Source: Eledone cirrhosa (taxonomy: Eukaryota). From it: a stretch of 64,000 bases of DNA. Below, in pieces: positions 40,801 to 53,301 of this stretch. The translations under genes were made by a program, and so were the position numbers. Numbering within the stretch: position 1 is the first letter of the stretch; every line of letters begins with the position of its first letter. The notes beneath the pieces were generated by a model. It worked only from the letters and a program-made list of their open reading frames with translations. It did no database searches and was not told where the DNA came from. The stretch lies in assembly GCA_964016885.1 (NCBI GenBank), contig OZ024741.1, forward strand, positions 331,080,001 through 331,144,000. Reading direction: 5' to 3'.

Positions 40801-42540
40801 ATGCAGAATTTGATTGGTCTTTTTATCAGGAATCTCCCAGTACACTACCTGATGAATGGCATCAGCAGTTTTAGGCTTGCTATCTTCAGCAAGAGGATCA
40901 TAAGAACGGTGCAACTGATGAAACCTCTGAAGACCACCATCTCTTTTATGAATGATGACATCCTAGAGACCTAATGCTGTATCATGTTGAATAACAACAA
41001 TCTCAGATGCCATGGGAAGATTATGTGTGTGTAGTGACTAGCGCCATCTCTCCGGGGAACCAAACTATTTTGGAGTTACTTCCCCGTGGCTAGTATATAA
41101 GGGAGTGTTCTGACGCCTCTCTCTCTCTTTTCACCTTTTGGCCGCCTGAGTAGTAGGCCAGGCACGGCTACGCCAAAGGTAGCTCTTAGCATCTTATTTC
41201 TCTTTCGGTCGAGCCTTTCCGACCTGCAAGACATCTGCTGAGGACCTATACCATAAGGCTCTGCTCAGCTGTATTCCAATCCTTCTTACAAGGATTAACA
41301 AAGCAAGTCACAGGTATGTCATTTAATCATTGTAATACACACACGCACAAGCACACGAATAAAGAACAACTACCTTCATATACAGTTGGGAAGACTTATT
41401 GTTATTATCATAAATATTATTTCCTGTCTGCATCTCATCATCTTGCTTCCTGCTTTCCTTACACATTCTTGTGTTCCTTCACTTATTAAATTAGTGATTG
41501 GCATACAGTGTTATCTACTAGAGTAAATAACCTTATGACGAATTCACTAAATGTGTGATAATGAAAATCAGTGGGTTTTACTTTGTCAGCATGTAGGACA
41601 ATATTCACATTTTCAGAGACTGCCATTTCAATGACTGCCTTGAAGCTGCTTATATAGGTGTTGCAGTAGTGCAAGTCTTCTTGCAGGTCCTGCAGGACAG
41701 CAGCATCTAAATTAGCATGATGCAAATGGTTCTGAAGCTCATGATCTGTATCATAGAAGTAAAGCTACGCAAACTTGGGTGACGCATCACTTGGAAGTAG
41801 TGATCCAATAACATGACAAACCTTACCTTGGATCTTAAATGCAGGACTAAATCCTGGTGCTCTAATCTCTTTGCAACCAATTGAAGCTAAGGCAAGCACA
41901 TTGTTATATGCACGTATCTTGTGGAGAAAAGAATTTCCTGCTTGAGTGATATCGAAATATTTCGGTATATTTGGTGGAGGAGGAGGAAGTTGAGGGAGTT
42001 TCACTTTTCCCTGGAATCAGCACAGAGGTTTGGGTTCATGTGGCCAACGATAAGCTTTGCAGTGCAGACAAAGGTAAAGAAACTCCCAGTATTATGGAAA
42101 GAACAATTTGTTCTTGGAAAGGTTCATCTGTAGGATTCTTTGCCAGACTTTCAAATGACCTGTTCCTTCCTCTCTGAACGTTTGGTGTATTTGTTGCAAT
42201 TTGTTGCTGGTGTGTTAACTGAATTACATTTGTAGAAATTTGTTGGGATATTGTAGAGCGATTATTGTTTGATTCATTTGCCCTCTTCTCTCTTTGTCGT
42301 TGCACTTCTGCTGCCATGCGTTGGGATTTAGAAATGTTTTCTGCGTCCCATGTTCACTTTATGTCATGTATGTATAAATATATGTTATCTCTACGGTGAA
42401 ATCTTAGCAATAAATATGTTAAAACGAAAAAAAAAAAAAAAATATATATATATATGACACGGAGAAAAGAAATCTTTGAAATAAATGAGAGACGGAATAT
42501 TATAAACATTATGAAAGAACGATGGAAATATATGAACATT
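37814..42540 (-). mobile_element. Decayed autonomous-type Helitron (Rep plus Pif1 helicase pseudogene, about 42351 to 38252)
   Basis: IRAYN..LA.AS, FKIQG, HGPCG, STGKT (Walker A), LLIIDE, LSGDWKQILP, QFPV..AFALT.NK.QGQT, FSHGQ.YVALSRV. 3' hairpin plus CTAG|T at 37814. 5' end not resolved. Confidence 0.92.
41030..41551 (+). mobile_element. Solo LTR inserted in the Helitron Rep region
   Basis: Ends tgtagtga / tcactaaa; TATA at about 41092; aataaa at 41358. Removing it with a 4-bp tgtg duplication restores the Helitron frame DFHYHTHNLP. Confidence 0.8.
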
Positions 42541-42548
42541 TATATATA

Positions 42549-42739
42549 TAATTGTTTCTACTTTTGGCAAAAGGCCAGCAATTACTCCGTACGTTACCGG
42601 TACTTTATTTTATCGACCCCGTAAGGATGAAAGGCAAAGTCAACCTCGGTGGGATTTGAACTCAGAATGGCAACGGCACTAACTCTATGCGTCAAAGCAT
42701 GGCGTCCGACCCTCTACCGATACTGCCAATCAACCGCCC
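42549..42739 (-). mobile_element. tRNA-derived SINE with target-site duplication
   Basis: Flanked by tttatatatataat on both sides. Confidence 0.9.
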
Positions 42740-42899
42740 TTTTATATATATAATAACATAATCTATGTGATATAGTGATAAAAATATATATTACCACTTA
42801 AGAATGTGTGAATGCATGTCTGTAAGTGTGTCTGTTTTTGCGTGATTTCTGCTATTTCATATATGAGAGAGAGTAGTATGAGGTAGTCATAACAATAGT

Positions 42900-45800
42900 A
42901 GTAGCAGCACAACGCGTATGAAAACGTCTCGAGGCGGATGTAACTACGACAGAGTAAGTCAGTTGATTTATTATGTGTCATTGAAACTTTCATACAGAAC
43001 ATTATACATTGTTGTGTAGCTAAAAAAAACCTCTTTCAAAGGAGGTTTTTTTAAAAACTGTATCTCGCGTCCTTAAGGGCTGAATTCGTGTTTATTTACA
43101 ATCAGACTCCTCAATATTTTGTTTGAAAAAACATGGTGGACGGAAAAAAGTGTCCGCAGGGAAGTACAGCGGGTTGTTCAGAAAGTGGATCAGCCGATTT
43201 TGTCCAATCGCAAGGTAGAAGCAGCAGCAGCCACAGTGACAACAGCAGCAGCAGCAATAACAACAACAAGGACTTTAACATTATCAGCACATCGCCTGAT
43301 TATTACGATAATTTCCCACCGCTACAAACGTCAACAAACACCAGCGCCACCGCCATCTTAACAACAACAACTGTAGCAGCAACAGCCACAAAGAACAACA
43401 ACTGTAACAGCAACAACACAGAAAAAAAAACTAACAAGACCACTACCACCAACAACAAAAGCAAGAGTAACGATGAACTAACAACAACATAACTTTAAAG
43501 AAAATGTTCCCCCACATCAATTGGTGACTACCGATGGAACATTACTAAAAGAATATTCTCAGACATTCTTGTGGAGATGGATCACCCACCCCCTTCCTAA
43601 AAAAGAGCCACAGGTAAAGTTTGTTTACTTTTTTCCTCTCACTTGTTTTCCTCCTATCTCAGCCAACATGGCTTCTCTCAGGATAGGCAGCATAAATGCA
43701 CATGGGCTGGAGTCGTCTTGGAAGCAGGGTCACCTGCGCTAGACCTCGGGTCGCTAAACATAGATGTGGTGGCCATCAGCGAGACCAGAATCTCCGAGGC
43801 ATGGGCATTCGCACCCATTTTCGGCATCTACGAAGTGTACACATCTCCAAGCCGTCCCGGATTGGGGGGGAGAGGGGGATGGACCAAGAATGTAAGTTAG
43901 TGGTGCTGGACGTGACCAGCGGAGAAGAGCAAGCTTTCAGGCTAGTGGTCGTCTATGCTCTGACAGGGACAGGACGGCCTGACTTCTTCCGGCGTCTGGA
44001 TACCTTTCTTGGAATGAACCGCTCTTTAGTGTTAGTGGGCGACTGGAATGGGATCTTGATGCACGCTGGGACCGTGTGGGATTAGCGGATAGGGGGGGAG
44101 GGTGTAAAAGCCTCGCAAACCTGCTCAGACGTTAGCAACTGTCTGACAGGTACCGTCTGGATTTCCTGAATGTGCCAATGTGGACATGGACAAACCGCAT
44201 CAGGTCATCCAGATCATATCTAGATAGGGTATTTTGTAGAGAAATAGATAGGTCTAGCATAGGCTGTTCACAATTCAAGATAGTCGACTACACGGACCAC
44301 AAATTCGTGATCTGTGTGGTTGACTTACATAGGCTTGATAGACAGGGACCCGGCTACTGGAAGCTAAACGCGTCGTTAAGAGCGCGCAAAGCCTACAGAG
44401 GCCGGATTAGCGAACTAGTTAAGCAGGCGTTGACGGGCGCCATCGTCAACAACAAATGGTGGTTTGCTCTGAAAAGGGCGATTAGAATATAGTCCATTAG
44501 GTTTAGTAAGGCGTTAGCAATAGAGAAAAATAGAGCAACTATTTGGTAAATTAGACGAAGCGCTTAGTAAAGGCATCGCAACCGATGTGCTTGCGGCGAT
44601 ATTGGCCCTCGACCAATTTTTCAACGCAAAGCACGAAGGATGCGTTGTCGGAGCTAGGGGGCGTGCTCTCAGAAATGAGGGGACGAAAGCCATTCGATGC
44701 GCCCGTGTGGCGGAGGCGTGTCGTGGAAACAAAGCCATGATCCGGTCTTTGGAGGAGTATGAAAGGCGCATGTTACTCGATCCCGGGCAAATGTGTGCAG
44801 CTTTTCAGTGACACTCCGCCTCAGCTGTTCGGAGGAAGCGGCGGACTGGATCGCGGGCTGTACTTTAATGCCTACCTCGACGGACCGCCGCGGTTCTCGG
44901 CCACTGAGGCGGAGTGTTGTGAAAAGCCGATAACAGCTGCTGAAGTACGGGAGGCAATGATTGGGTGCACAATGGGTAGATCGCCTGGTTTGGATGGTCT
45001 GCCCTACGAACTTTATGTACACATGCCAGACTTGTTTGGAGATATCTTGGCGGACGTCTACTGCAACTGGTAGCAGAACGGGAGAATTCCCAGCTCTGTG
45101 AGCCGAGGAGCTGTGGCGCTGCTGAGAAAGGATCCAAATAAGGGGGATAACATAGATAATTTCAGGCCCATAACTCTGCTAAACACAGAGTTCAAGATTT
45201 TGGCTAAGGTGCTAGCAAAGAGGTTGGCGCTTGTCGTCGGTGGTCTGGTGGGAGAGGTGCAGACATGCGCCATTCCAGAAAGATCCATCCATGACAACCT
45301 CCACCTCATGTGATACATCATGAAGAGGGTAGCTAGGGAACCTGGCACTGGTGCGTCCTTGATCAATTTAGATTAGACAAAAGCTTTCGATAGGGTCGAC
45401 CTTGTGAACTGTGATGCTGGCAAACCGTGTCAGCATATGCGGACGACGTCACCATAGTGGTGTCGAACGCCAAACACATCGAAGTGATCGGCACTACACT
45501 AAGAGAATACGAGGCGGTGACAGGAGCAGTGATCAACTAGGAAAAGTTGATGGGCCTGCGGCTCGGCACCTGGAGAGGCTGGTCCATGCCGTCCAACAGC
45601 GTCATCGGGCGCTGGACGGACGGACCGGTTAAATTGCTGGTATGAGGTGACGAGCAGGGTGGCCTCTCTCACCCAGAAATGGGCCGAAAGGAAGCTATCT
45701 CTGAAAGGTTGAGTGGAAGTGGCGAACACATACATCGCGTCCGTCATCTACTACTGCCTGACCATCGTGCCTTGTCCTAAGCCTCGCCTGACTGCATTGG

Positions 45801-46812
45801 AGCGTTTGCTCTTTCGCCTTTTGCGGAAGGACGCGGTCCATCAGCTGTCAACACCCACTACGCGGAGGGCTGGGCATGCTGTGGCTGATGATGCGCAGAC
45901 ATGAGCTCAGGCTACGGAATCTCCTCCTCGACGGTGATCAGGTGCGTTCGCCGTTTGCTAGACACATTTTCCCAGCTCGTCCCCTTGACGGAGCTTCAGT
46001 TCTGGGTCAAGCGGAAGAGGGTTAGTGGAGGGAAAGAGCGACGACGCCTTTGGGGAGACTGGGCGTCGACGAAAGTCAACTAGCTCATCTCTTCGGGAGA
46101 ACTTTCGGACAACTTCCAGAAATTCCTGGCCTGGCAGTGCTACTGAGGAGCTTTGCCAGTTCAGGGTAAACTCTACAAGTATGGAAGTGCTGTCAGCTGG
46201 GCCTGTCCGAGATGCGCGCAGGGCGACGAAATGTCCTGCACGCACTCATCCAGTGTCCGAGCATTGTTGACTTGTGGGTTTATGTTGAACACTTGCCTCG
46301 CCGCCTTCCTTTAGCCGGGAAGGGCAGGCAGTTTTTATCTGCCTGGTGGCCATGGTAAAAGAGATTGTATGGTGGACGCGTCTGAAAGGGTTGAGGACCG
46401 ATACTTTCTTCTTCGGTGACGCCCTCATTAACTTTTTCAGGTTTCACCTGAAAAGGAAAATCAGAGTGGAGAGGGAAGTGCTACCTTCCAGCCAGTTTGT
46501 TGAAAGGTGGGTGAGAGAGGCAAGAATGGCTTGTGTGAATGGGTCTACCCTGAATGTGTGCCTATAGCATCGTAGGAGGAAAACTGGAAGAGGACGTTTG
46601 CCCTAGTGGTCGAGGTAACCGTGGCTTTTTTTGTGGACTTTCTCCACGAGTGACCCTTGGAAGTCTCCCCCCTATAGGGGAATTTTTCATTGTTTCTTGT
46701 TTTGTTAATCTTTTGTTTTTGTTTTTTTACACAAAGAAATGCCCATATGTATTGTCCTGTGTTGTCCTTAATGTTATACTTTGTGTCAACCCTTGTGGTT
46801 AATAAAGAAAGC
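42900..46812 (+). mobile_element. Tx1/L1-group LINE copy 2 (deleted ORF1; ORF2 43668-46567 with internal deletions); 5' boundary approximate
   Basis: MASLRIGSINAHGL, VGDWN, GPGYWKLN, SPGLDGLPYE, NFRPITLLN, YADD. Ends aataaagaaagc(att)n. Confidence 0.93.
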
Positions 46813-46828
46813 ATTATTATTATTATTA

Positions 46829-47348
46829 CAGTTGCATTTGTCTTGCTTTATGTTCATACGAGTTATCACCAAGTCACAACCAGTGACCTCAAGAGACAAC
46901 AAGGTCCGCTATGTTCAAGAAAGAATATACATATACACACATGCATCTTTAGGTGATGTACTTATATTGACAGAATCTTCCTTAGTATATGGGCAGTTCC
47001 CATTAGTACTATCTTTTGTATTTCTCTTATATGCGGGTTTCCTGGGATTTGTGATAATTAATCATTAGACCCCTTAGGTATCATTCCTAGAGCGCCTACA
47101 ATCACTGGTATTATTTTAATTCTCAATTTCCACATTTTTCCAGGTCCTTATACTTGCTCAAATTTTCAAATGTTTTTATAGATACATTCTTGTCTATTGG
47201 AACGGACATATCAATTAGCAGGCATACCCTCTTTTTAAAGTCCTTCACTATTATATTAGGGCTATTTGCATCTATTTTTTGGTCTGTTTGGATGCTAAAG
47301 TTCCACAAGATTGAGATGTGATCTTTTTCAAGTACGGGAGGTGGTTGA
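46829..47348 (-). mobile_element. 5'-truncated R4/Dong-like non-LTR element (restriction-like endonuclease C-terminus and 3' UTR)
   Basis: WNFSIQTD..I..N.P.IIV.D.K...CLLID.SVP.D.N......KYKDL, then hand-translated KMW...PVIVGALG...EIQKIVLMGTAHILRKILS*. (TAA)n on both flanks. Confidence 0.88.
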
Positions 47349-47397
<49 letters not shown>

Positions 47398-50300
47398 GGC
47401 GACCTACGTAGTAAATCGAATTATCGTGAGCTCCGCAAAGGTTTGTTATTTTCAGTTGTTTAAAATTGCCATTTATGGAAAATTTTTATTGTTAACTGTA
47501 TATAAGTGCACATACATTGTTTTCTGAAAAGGACACTCAAAAAGATTGGGACCTTGAGCCCAAAATTTAAACTTTTATAATTATCAAATAAAAAAAAAAT
47601 TTTTCTTTGAAAAAATTATGGACGACTCAGAGTCACACCTTCCTCACAAACTAACACCTCACACCGACACCACCATTGTAAATATTACTACGTTTGCCAA
47701 CACTAAAAATATAAGCTGTAGCAATATTTTAAATTTGTCTCAGGCAGACATTCATTTCCCGCCATTACCAATGACTGCAGGTGTTAAAGCCTCACCACCA
47801 CAGCGACAACAGAAACAAAAAAAAAAAAAAAATTATCTCATGATATCAAAACGAATTCAGCCGAAATAAACTCTTCCACACCGAACACCACTGACGCCAC
47901 CACCACCACAACTGAAACTAAAATTAACAATAACAAAAATAACGATAACAACAACAGCAACAATGAGAATAAGAAAACCACCCTGTCTTTTGCCAGAGTA
48001 GTAAAAAAGTGCAAAGCATTCGAAGTAACTCAGGAGGAATTAGAAGAAGCCCAAAAAATGGTAAAGAAAGATGGGTACAGGGTGAGCCTCACCCCCCCCC
48101 CCCCCACCTAATAAAATGGAGTATCGGCGCCTATGCACAGTGTCTTATCGGACGATTAACATAAAATCGCGCCGAGTGGAACGGGCATCCGAGTCCCAAA
48201 AAGCTTTGGGACATGTGTGGGCAAAAAAACCCCACATGAGACGTGGGCAGAAATATGGAACCGTGGACGTGTTCTTTGAAACACCACAGGAGGCCAGAGA
48301 ACACTCCATGGCCCCATTAAGAAGTGACGACTTCACACTCGGCCCAAGCTATTGTGGCCAGAGACTCGTGAAGATCAGGGTGACCCACATTCCACTGGCC
48401 ATCGAAATTCCCTGGCTAATGGCTGCCGTCCTCGCCGGCATCGAAGCCAACACTAAGATAATCGAAATAGCGAAAGAAAAGCTGGAGAACTGGGATGAAG
48501 CTCCTGATCCAAGCGGACCAAAAAAGCATTGAGGAGATCCCAGAGGTAATAGACCTCACTGACGGCAGCCACCTCACCGTAATCGTCGAGGGCAGAAGGC
48601 CTAGGTGTGTCGTTTGTGGTGAAGGAACCCACCTGAGGGCTTTCTGCCCTCAGGCTAAAAGGTTGAGGCCACCTCTCTTACCCACCCCAGTGACTCAACC
48701 ATCAACACCACCAGCAGCAGAAATGGCAGCAACAACAGAAGCAACTGTAACAGCAACAACCCCAGAAACAGTAGCAAAACCAACACCACCACCCAATGCG
48801 CCAGAACTAGCACCAGTGCCTACACCATCCACCACGCCACAACCAAAACCAACGCCTGTGGAGGATTTTCCACTCCCCGACCTATCGCAACTGGAGACAG
48901 ATTGTGATGACGAGGAGTGGGAAACGGTATCAGGAAAAAAAGAAAAAGAAACCAAAAAAGAAAGAATTCTCTTCCTTCCTCCTCCAAAAACAAAATACAG
49001 AGGGAAACAAATAAACTATGAAACAAAAAAGTTAGGACAGCTATGCCACCATCCACACCAGCATCACCAACCCCATCACCACAAACACCAACACCATCAC
49101 CATCATTAACCCCAACACCACAAAAGTCACCAAAAAGCAAAACAGAAGCAAACCTACAACAAACGCAAACAAAACAAAACAACCAAAACGATACAATTAT
49201 TACACTACATCCAACACAACACAAGCATCACAGAAAAAGACTACACAACAACACAAAAGTTCACACCACCTCCACACATACAAATCACTCGCATCACACA
49301 GAAAACGTACACGACACTAAAACAAAAATTCCCCAAAGACATTGGAGACTTCCGACAAGCACTCTCCAGGAGGATTTATAAGGACATCCTTCCGGAGGAG
49401 GCCACAAGCAGTGAAAAGGATGGAGAAACCATCCTTCCTCTACGAGAAGTAAGGTAAGTAGTCTTTCCCATCTTTTCCACTCCATTTCAACATGACCTCA
49501 CTCAGAATAGGCAGCATAAATGCGCGTGGTTTGGGGTCGCCATGGAAGCAGGGCCACCTGCTCAACGACTTCAGGTCACCAGAATCTCCGAAGCACGGGC
49601 TTTCGAACCGATCTTCGGCGGCTACGATGTGTACGCATCTCCCAGCCGTCCTGGATCGGGGGGAGGAGTTGCTGTGCTTTTTCGGAGAGATTTGGATCTC
49701 GCCATACGGGCCATCTTCCTGGACCCAGAAGGTAAGTTGGTGGTGCTGGACGTGACCAGCGGAGACGGGCAAGCTTTCAGGCTAGTGGCCGTCTATGCCC
49801 CGACAGGAGCAGGGCGGCCTGATTTCTTCCGGCGTCTGGAGACCTTTCTTGGAACGTCCCGCTCTTTTTAGTGTTAGTGGGCGACTGGAACGGGATCTTA
49901 GATGCACGCTGGGACTGTGTGGGATTAGCGGATAGGGGAGGAGGATGCAAGAGCCTCACCAACCTGCTCATGCGTTTTGAACTGTCTGACAGGTACCGAT
50001 TGGATTTCCCGAATGTGCCAATGTGGACTTGGACAAACCGCATCGGGTCATCCAGATCATATCTAGATAGAGTATTTTGTAGGGAAATAGATAGGTCGAG
50101 CATAGGCTGTCCACAATTCAAGATAGTCAGCTACACGGACCACAAATTCGTGATCTGTGTGCTTGACTTAGATAGGCTTCATAGACGAGGAACCGGCTAC
50201 TGAAAGCTAAACGCGTCCTTACCAGCGCGCAAGGCCTACAGAGACCGGATTAGCGAACTAGTTAAGCGGGCGTTGACGGGGGCCATCGTCAACAACAAGT

Positions 50301-53126
50301 GGTGGTTTGCTCTGAAAAGAGCAATTAGAATAGAGTCCATTAGGTTTAGTAAGGCTTTAGCAATAGAGAAAAATAGAGCAGAGGGAGAATTAGTTAGAAA
50401 ATTAGACGAGGCGCTTAGCAAAGGCATCGCGACCGACGTACTTGCGGCGAAATTGGCCCTTGACCAATTCTTCAATGCAAAGCACGAAGGCTGCGTTGTC
50501 AGAGCTAGGGTGCGTGCTCTCAGACACGAGGGGACGAAAGCTGTTCAATGGGCCCGAGTGGCAGAGGCGCGTCGTGGCAACAAAGCCACGATCCGGTCTT
50601 TGGTGGACCACGACGGGCGCATGCTACTCGATCCCGGGCAAATGTGTGAAGCTTTTCAGCAACACTTCGCTCAGCTGTTCGGGGGCAGCGGCGGGCCGGA
50701 TCGAGGGATGGACTTTAGTGTTTACCTCGACGGACTACCGCGGCTCTCGGCCACTGAGGCGGAGGTTGCCGATAATAGCCGCTGAAATACGGGAGGCAAT
50801 GACTGGCTGCACAAGGGGTAAATCGCCTGGTTTGGATGGTCTGCCCTATGAACTTTATGTACAGATGCCAGACTTGTTCGGAGACCTCTTGGCGGACGTC
50901 TACTGCAACTGGCAACAGAACGGGAGAATTCCCAGCTCTGTGAGCCGAGGAGCTGTGGCGCTGCTGAGAAAGGATCCGAACAAGGGGGATAACATAGATA
51001 ATTTCAGGCCCATAACTCTGCTAAACACAGAGTTCAAGATTTTGGCCAAGGTGCTAGCAAAGAGGTTGGCACTTGTCGTTGGTGGTCTGGTGGGAGAGGC
51101 GCAGACATGCGCCATTCCCGACAGATCCATCCACGACAACCTCCACCTCATGCGATACATCGTAGAGACGGTAGCTAGGGAACCTGGCACGGGTGTCTCC
51201 TTGATCAATTTATATCAGTCGAAAGCTTTCGATAGGGTCGACCATCGTTACCTAGCGGCAGTCCTGAGGGCGGCTGGCTTTGGGCCCGTCTTCAGAGGCT
51301 GGATCGCTGCCATGCACAGCGACATCTGCTCTGTGGTGAGAGTGAACGGTCACCTTTCGGAACCGTTCAACATCATGCGCTCGGTCCGCCAAGGATGTCC
51401 CCTCTCGTCCCTCTTGTATGTATTGACTCTCGAACCATTACTGCACAAACTGGAGACGTTGAGGGGGGGGGGGGTCCCGCGCGAACTAGGATGCGGAAGA
51501 TCCGTGTCAGCATATGCGGACGATGTCACCGTAGTGGTGTCGAACGCCAAACACATCGAGGCGATCGGCACTACACTAACAGAATACGAAGCGGTGACAG
51601 GAGCAATGATCAACCAGGAAAAGTCAGTGGGCCTGCAGCTCGGCACCTGGAGAGGCAGGTCCATGCCGTTCAACAGCGTCGTCGGGCGCTGGACGGACGA
51701 ACCGGTTAAATTGCTAGGGGTCTGGTTCGGTCCGGACCTCCAGACAGACAAAAACTGGGACGAGGTGACGAGCAGGGTGGCTTCTCTCACCCAGAAATGG
51801 GCGGAGAGGAAGCTATCCCTGAAAGGTCGAGCGGAGGTGGTCAACGCGTACATCGCGTCTGTCATCTACTACCGCCTGACCGTCGTACCTTGTCCTAAGC
51901 CCCGCCTGACTGCGCTGGAGCGTTTGCTCTTTCGCTTTTTGTGGAAGGGACGCACTCCGATGGCCAGGCGGTCCATCTGCTGTCAACACCCGCTACGTGG
52001 AGGGCTGGGCATGCCGTAGCTGATGATGCGCAGACACGCGCTCAGGATACGACATCTCCACCGCTTCCTCGACGGTGATCAGGTGTGGTCGCCGTTTGCT
52101 AGACACGTCTCTCCCCAGCTCGTCTCCTTGACGGAGCTGCAGTCCTGGGTCAAGCGAAAACCGAGAGGGAGCGCTTGGAGACTGGTATGTCTTCAGGCAC
52201 TCACAGCCCTCGACCAATCGGGCAATGTGATCGGTGGAAACTCCACCTTGGCGTTCTATAGAGGATTAGTGGAGGGGAAGAGCGACGACGTACTTGGAGA
52301 AACTCTAGGCGTCGACGAAAATCAACTAGCCAATCTCTTCGGAAGGACTTTCGGGCCGGGGCCTATGGACAACTTCCAGAAATCCCTGGCCTGGCAGTGC
52401 TACCGAGGAGCTTTGACGGTTCGGGATAAACTCTACAGGCATGGAGGTGCCGTCAGCCGGGCATGTCCGAGATGCGCGCAGGGTGACGAAACCGTCCTGC
52501 ACGCACTCGTCCAGTGTCCGAGCATTGCTGACTTGTGGGTTTATGTCGAACACCTGCTGTCACGTGTAGGACGGATCCAGCTATCAGCTGAGTCCATCGT
52601 GAGGATTACCCCGCCCTCTTCCTTTAGCCGGGAAGGGCAGGCAGTTTTTATTTGTCTGGTGGCCATGGCGAAAGAGATAGTACGGTGGACACGTTTGAAA
52701 GGGCTGAAGACGAGCACTTACCTCTTCGGTGATGCCCTGATTAACTTTTTCAAATTTCATTTGAAAAGGAAAATCAGGGTAGAGAGGGAAGTGCTCTCTT
52801 CCCAGCATTTTGTTGAAAGATGGGTGAGAGAAGCAAGTATGGCCCGAGTGAATGGGCCTACTCTGAGTATGTGTCTTTAAATTAAAGGTGGAAAACTGTG
52901 AGAGGGCACTTGTCCTGGTGGTCAGGGTCACTGTGGCCTTTTAATGGGCTTTCTCCACAAATGTCCTTCGGAAGTCTCCCCCCTATTGGGGAATTTTTCA
53001 TTGTTATTTTTATTACATCCTCTGTTTTTTTTACACGCAGAAATGCCCATTTGTACCGTCCTGTATTGTCCTGTACTGTCCTTAATGTCTACTTTATGTA
53101 AACCCTTGTGGTTAATAAAGAAAGCA
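47398..53126 (+). mobile_element. Tx1/L1-group LINE copy 3, near full length (ORF1 about 47618-49457, ORF2 49492-52880, several lesions)
   Basis: VEGRRPRCVVCGEGTHLRAFC knuckle; 525-aa RT stretch with KAFDRVDH, RQGCPLS, YADD; CPRC..ETVLH. (ATT)n on both flanks. Confidence 0.96.
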
Positions 53127-53142
53127 TTATTATTATTATTAT

Positions 53143-53208
53143 TAATAAAGTACCAGTAATGAACTGGGTAATTGCTGGCCTTGTGCCTAAAGTAGAAACA
53201 GTCATTAT

Positions 53209-53301
<93 letters not shown>

